Source of the DNA: Eukaryota sp. GEM-RC1
Lineage: Eukaryota
Length of the DNA: 64,000 nucleotides
Assembly: GCA_040285855.1 (NCBI GenBank)
Contig: JAUFOQ010000002.1
Location: 2,604,001 to 2,668,000, forward strand
Reading direction: 5' to 3'
Positions 60,200 through 64,000 of this stretch are shown here, one piece after another; the stretch's first letter is position 1, and every line of letters begins with the position of its first letter. The position numbers and the translations under genes were made by a program. The notes below the pieces were generated by a model. It saw only the letters and a program-made list of their open reading frames with translations, was not told the origin of the DNA and ran no database searches.

Positions 60200-60880
60200 T
60201 TCGAAACTAAAAAGAAGATGATCTAATACTCAATGTCATCAAAACAAGATTCCTTCGAATCGAACCTTGTTGAAGCTTTGTCTTTATAAAACACACTTAG
60301 GGATAACAAAGCTTTTGAAATCATTGTGGGAACTGCCTTTAGAATCGTAAAGACAATTCGGTTCTGCCAAAAGAACGATCAAATACTTTGTTGGTTCTAC
60401 GAGCAACAACTTTTGCAAATTCATCAAGGAACTTCAAGGCCAATTTGCCTAATCTACCATAAACGGAAATCGCAAATGGGACAAGTGAATATTCAACATG
60501 GACAATGTGTTTCTTTCAAAGGATCAGCATACTTTCTTTGCTTGTTATTTTCAGCAATGTCTAAAGGTGAGATTTCCTTTGTAACAAACTTGTTACACCT
60601 TTTTGCACACATCCACTGAAACAACATCAATAACTGTCAGAGATTCAGAAGATGAAGGTATAATCAAGTCAGCTCGTCTTTACCCATAAGAATTTTCTTT
60701 TTTGGAATGTTGATTGATGTCAAGAGATCTCAGCAAAGGTTCAATGAAGGATTCAATGTTGTAAGATTTGCACATAGCATGTAGCTGATCGCGTACAGTG
60801 TCATGGATAGCAGATCGATAAGTTATGTAATGCGAACATGAAAATGTATGAGATAACGTTACCAATTGTCCACATTTGCA
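60200..60880 (-). mobile_element. CRE-like non-LTR 3' fragment
   Basis: CKCGQLVTLSHTFSC...HDTVRDQLHAMCKSY.IESFIEPLLRSL, highly similar to 50115..50495. Confidence 0.85.
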
Positions 60881-61849
60881 TAATAAAAATAGAAACAGCA
60901 AATGAAATAGATGTATAATTCTGTTTTAGATTTTTGTTTGTATGAAGATTATAAGTTATAACGCTCTCTTTTTCGAATACTATTGGTCCCAACTCTATTT
61001 TTGGTTTTTTTTCAAATTATTTTGGGTGTTTAAAACCTTTTGGAATTATGCTGTTAACAAAAGTTTAGCGGCACTTTGATAACGTAAATTTTGTCGTTTA
61101 AAAACATTGTTTAGGTATTTTGATTCGAATTTAAACCGTCGCTTAGAATTGAGACAAGAATGTGAGCGGAATAGAGGTATTGGTACCCCTTTTGTTAATA
61201 TGGAAAATATATTTCATTTATAATTGTAAATAAAACAGAGAATGAGCTTTCTAGTACTATGTGACCGAAATTGAATTTGATATTGCCAAAGAACATTGAC
61301 TGTAGAACCTTATAGAAAAAGGGGTTTTAATGGAAGCAACAATACTTGTACAGTCGTTGCTCAGTTTAGTGCCAGTGCATGGGCCTGAACTGAAAAGAGA
61401 GAAGATTGTATGTAAAATTTTCTATAATGTACCTATTTTTGGTATTAAGGTTTTTGTTGAAAAACGTAATCTTTTACCGGACAGGGATGAAGTCGTTGGA
61501 GTTTAGTCTTATTATTATTTGTTTGTTTTTACAAATTCATATTTTTGTGAAAATGTGGTTTTTTGAGCCGAATAACAATTTGGTTAAGTTGTACATTTAT
61601 ATGAGTAAATTAGTCTTAGTGATATTCATTTTTTTTCTTCCAAGTAACCCAAAACATCCGAAACATGATCTCAAAAACGCATTGACTGGGAGTTCCTTCT
61701 GCGCTGAAATGTGATATGAGAGTGCTTCTTCTTCTTGTTGTTGTAGTAGGTTCATCAAGTTTTGGTATGACAAAAATGAATTATAGATTTTGTATGAAGC
61801 TGTGCAATTCCAACTATAGTATTTTATTCTCCATCATAAATAGCCCAGA

Positions 61850-62026
61850 TTAAGACTTCTTCAGACTCGGAAGCTTGGATGTGAATGACTTTTTGGAATG
61901 TAGTTTTGCAGATGCCTTTTTGCTAAGGTGTTTCATGTCATCTTTCCTGTAGTACATCATGCCACCAACCCCCAACATTGAAGCGGCAGCAACGGTTCCA
62001 AATACAATAGCGCGGTTATATCTCAT
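61850..62026 (-). CDS. Small (58 aa) single-TM basic protein, below the ORF-track cutoff
   Basis: MRYNRAIVFGTVAAASMLGVGGMMYYRKDDMKHLSKKASAKLHSKKSFTSKLPSLKKS*. Confidence 0.35.
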   Translation of the reverse strand: MRYNRAIVFGTVAAASMLGVGGMMYYRKDDMKHLSKKASAKLHSKKSFTSKLPSLKKS

Positions 62027-62187
62027 TCTTCAAAAAAACTGAATTATACAATGTATTCCTGGTGAAAAGGCTGGTTCGCAGATATCAACTGTGATCATAT
62101 CACAATCACGTCAGCTCAATCACTTCAGACTACTACTACACAACAAAACCTCTCAAAGCAATAAACAATAATAAATATGTACAATAA

Positions 62188-63534
62188 CTACAATGATCTT
62201 TCAATATACTTTGAAACAATACTAGAATAATCCTGCTTGGAAACCTCCAGCTTACTATAAACCTCGAACAGTTCCAGTTCATCCACTTCTCCTATCCTTT
62301 TAATAGCTCTCAAAGCAATCTCGAACTCATAGAGTAACTCCTTTCGAATTAAAAACAAAATACTTAGAGCAACCCTATACAAAACAACATCGCCATCGAG
62401 AAACCACAAATCCCATATACGTGAAACACATTCTAGTGAGAGACATCGTGAATATACCGTGTTAAACCAATCATGAAGGAAAAGAGAACAGTGCAGATCA
62501 ATTGATTTCAGATGACTTGCCTGTCTTGGAAGGAATTGGTGCAATAAATGGTCAAACACGTTGTAAAACACTTCAATTCGCTCCTGATTAAATGTGTAAA
62601 AAGAATTTAAAATAGGATTGTTAACAATCAAATTGGAGAAACAAACAAATGCCGGAAGAGTTTCCAAAAACAACAACAGAATAGCACAAATAAAACTCAT
62701 CCCCTGTACGTACCCAATGTCCAACCTATACTCAACAAAAGCCTGCAAACAATCATGTAAAGCCTCTTTCCAAGGACCATCTGAAAAGAAAGAAAGAGAG
62801 GGAAAAGTTCGAGGGATATCAGTAACAATGAGCTTTTGGCTATGTTCATTGGCAACGAAACTATCCAATGGTTTCTTCTCAGATTTGTCCAATAAGGCCT
62901 TGAACAGATCTTCTGTTATTCCGAGTTGATTACCAACGGCTAATGGCCAGATGTGTTTCTTACATGAAGACGGAATTCCCTGTCGCCATAGTTTAAGTAC
63001 TTTTTTAGAGTGAATGATGTCTGGGAGGTTAGGGACAACGTCTTTGTTCCAAATGCCCAGTCTTTTACTTCGATCCTTTTCTTGTTTGATTCGAAGTTGT
63101 TGTTTGCGTTCTTGAAGTTTGGCCTGTTTTTTAAGCGACTGTTGATGTTCTTTCTGAAGTTTGGCAAAATCTTCCAAGTGCTCTGTGGTTTCTTTGGTTG
63201 ACTTTGAAGGATAAGACGTACCGTCAGGTTTCAGGATACTGTCTCTGAGAGAGAAACAGTTAGGAGTGAAGAAAGCGAGGGATTCCGGGGGGAGAGATTC
63301 AGTCAGTTCTGGAGTGTCTTCGAGATTGAGAGAACGTATTTGGAAGAGTTCTGTAGGAGGGCAAAGATCAGATTCCTGCTTCAAACGGTCATGACGACAA
63401 GGCGGAGGAACAGGTGGAAGTTCATTTGAAGAGGACATGTTCGGTTGAGATAAATCAATGTCTTGTCTGTAAGATGGAGGACTTGTAGAAAGATCGTCCA
63501 CAGTAGTAGAAGACGTGGAAAGAAGTATTTCCAC
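62188..63534 (-). CDS. TBC-domain Rab GAP (TBC1D12/14-like)
   Basis: WRQGIP, IVTDIPRTFP, GYVQGMSF, SRIWD; true start probably the ATG of MSSSNE. Confidence 0.9.
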   Translation of the reverse strand: MEILLSTSSTTVDDLSTSPPSYRQDIDLSQPNMSSSNELPPVPPPCRHDRLKQESDLCPPTELFQIRSLNLEDTPELTESLPPESLAFFTPNCFSLRDSILKPDGTSYPSKSTKETTEHLEDFAKLQKEHQQSLKKQAKLQERKQQLRIKQEKDRSKRLGIWNKDVVPNLPDIIHSKKVLKLWRQGIPSSCKKHIWPLAVGNQLGITEDLFKALLDKSEKKPLDSFVANEHSQKLIVTDIPRTFPSLSFFSDGPWKEALHDCLQAFVEYRLDIGYVQGMSFICAILLLFLETLPAFVCFSNLIVNNPILNSFYTFNQERIEVFYNVFDHLLHQFLPRQASHLKSIDLHCSLFLHDWFNTVYSRCLSLECVSRIWDLWFLDGDVVLYRVALSILFLIRKELLYEFEIALRAIKRIGEVDELELFEVYSKLEVSKQDYSSIVSKYIERSL

Positions 63535-64000
63535 TAAAAAAAAGATTATGACCTTCCAAATTTGATTTTGATTGATGAAGTGTAGACCAAAAAGTACCCA
63601 AATGGTAGACTACTTTAGTTAACAAATTTGTGGTCAATGTAATTGACCAGTAAAGTAAGGTTAAGAAAGATGATTCTTTATTCGGCATCCAATAAGGAAC
63701 ATAAATTTTCAAGTCAGGATGAAATAAGCTTAGTTTTTGTATCATCATACATACCAAAAAGGAAAACGTAAATGAATTGTGACATGATTCCAAACCAATA
63801 TATTTTGAGATCTCATTTTTTCGTCAATATGTTGCGAATTAAAAGTAAGTAAAATGATTACTGTATGTTTTGAACAATAGGGTTCATCATTAGTGTATTT
63901 TTAGAAAATGGTATAAGACATAACCGGTTCAAAAAATCTAACCAAGTGTATAGACTGAAGTTGCTGAACGAATTCTATGTAACAACACATATATCCAACA

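Noticed and set aside
177..63793. Numerous short antisense or overlapping ORFs in the six-frame track
   Set aside because: They are shadows of real genes or TE sequence and have no independent motifs.
1..64000. Alternative genetic code (stop codon reassignment)
   Set aside because: Long conserved ORFs are open in the standard code and end in TAA, TAG and TGA at the expected positions.

Overview
This is compact, AT-rich eukaryotic DNA from a flagellated protist (CFAP99 present). It uses the standard genetic code and has very short (29-37 nt) spliceosomal introns. About 20 host genes are present: a CDKN3-like phosphatase, a TmcB-like membrane protein, an MFS transporter, ALG5, a cyclin-like protein, MER3/HFM1, CFAP99, an S9 peptidase, TFIIIC tau95, a tRNA-splicing endonuclease subunit, LRR proteins, an amidohydrolase, SMC5, a Rab and a TBC GAP. 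They are interleaved with many mobile elements: a full-length chromodomain Ty3/gypsy element nested in a CRE-like non-LTR retroelement, six CRE-like fragments, three hAT derivatives, Tc1/mariner-type MITEs and a TTAA-flanked MITE. The standout locus is a Fanzor (eukaryotic TnpB-family RNA-guided nuclease) at about 30640-32400 on the minus strand. All three RuvC catalytic motifs are intact, it has an extra C-terminal zinc knuckle, and tandem hairpins directly after its stop codon form a candidate omegaRNA. Other notable items are a REase+kinase effector-like gene next to a hAT, a Rab intron that cannot be spliced with GT-AG ends, and an orphan D-box protein. Many ORFs, including essential genes, are broken by 1-bp indels in homopolymers. 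These look like long-read assembly errors, so pseudogene status is uncertain throughout. All family assignments come from motif recognition by eye, not database searches.
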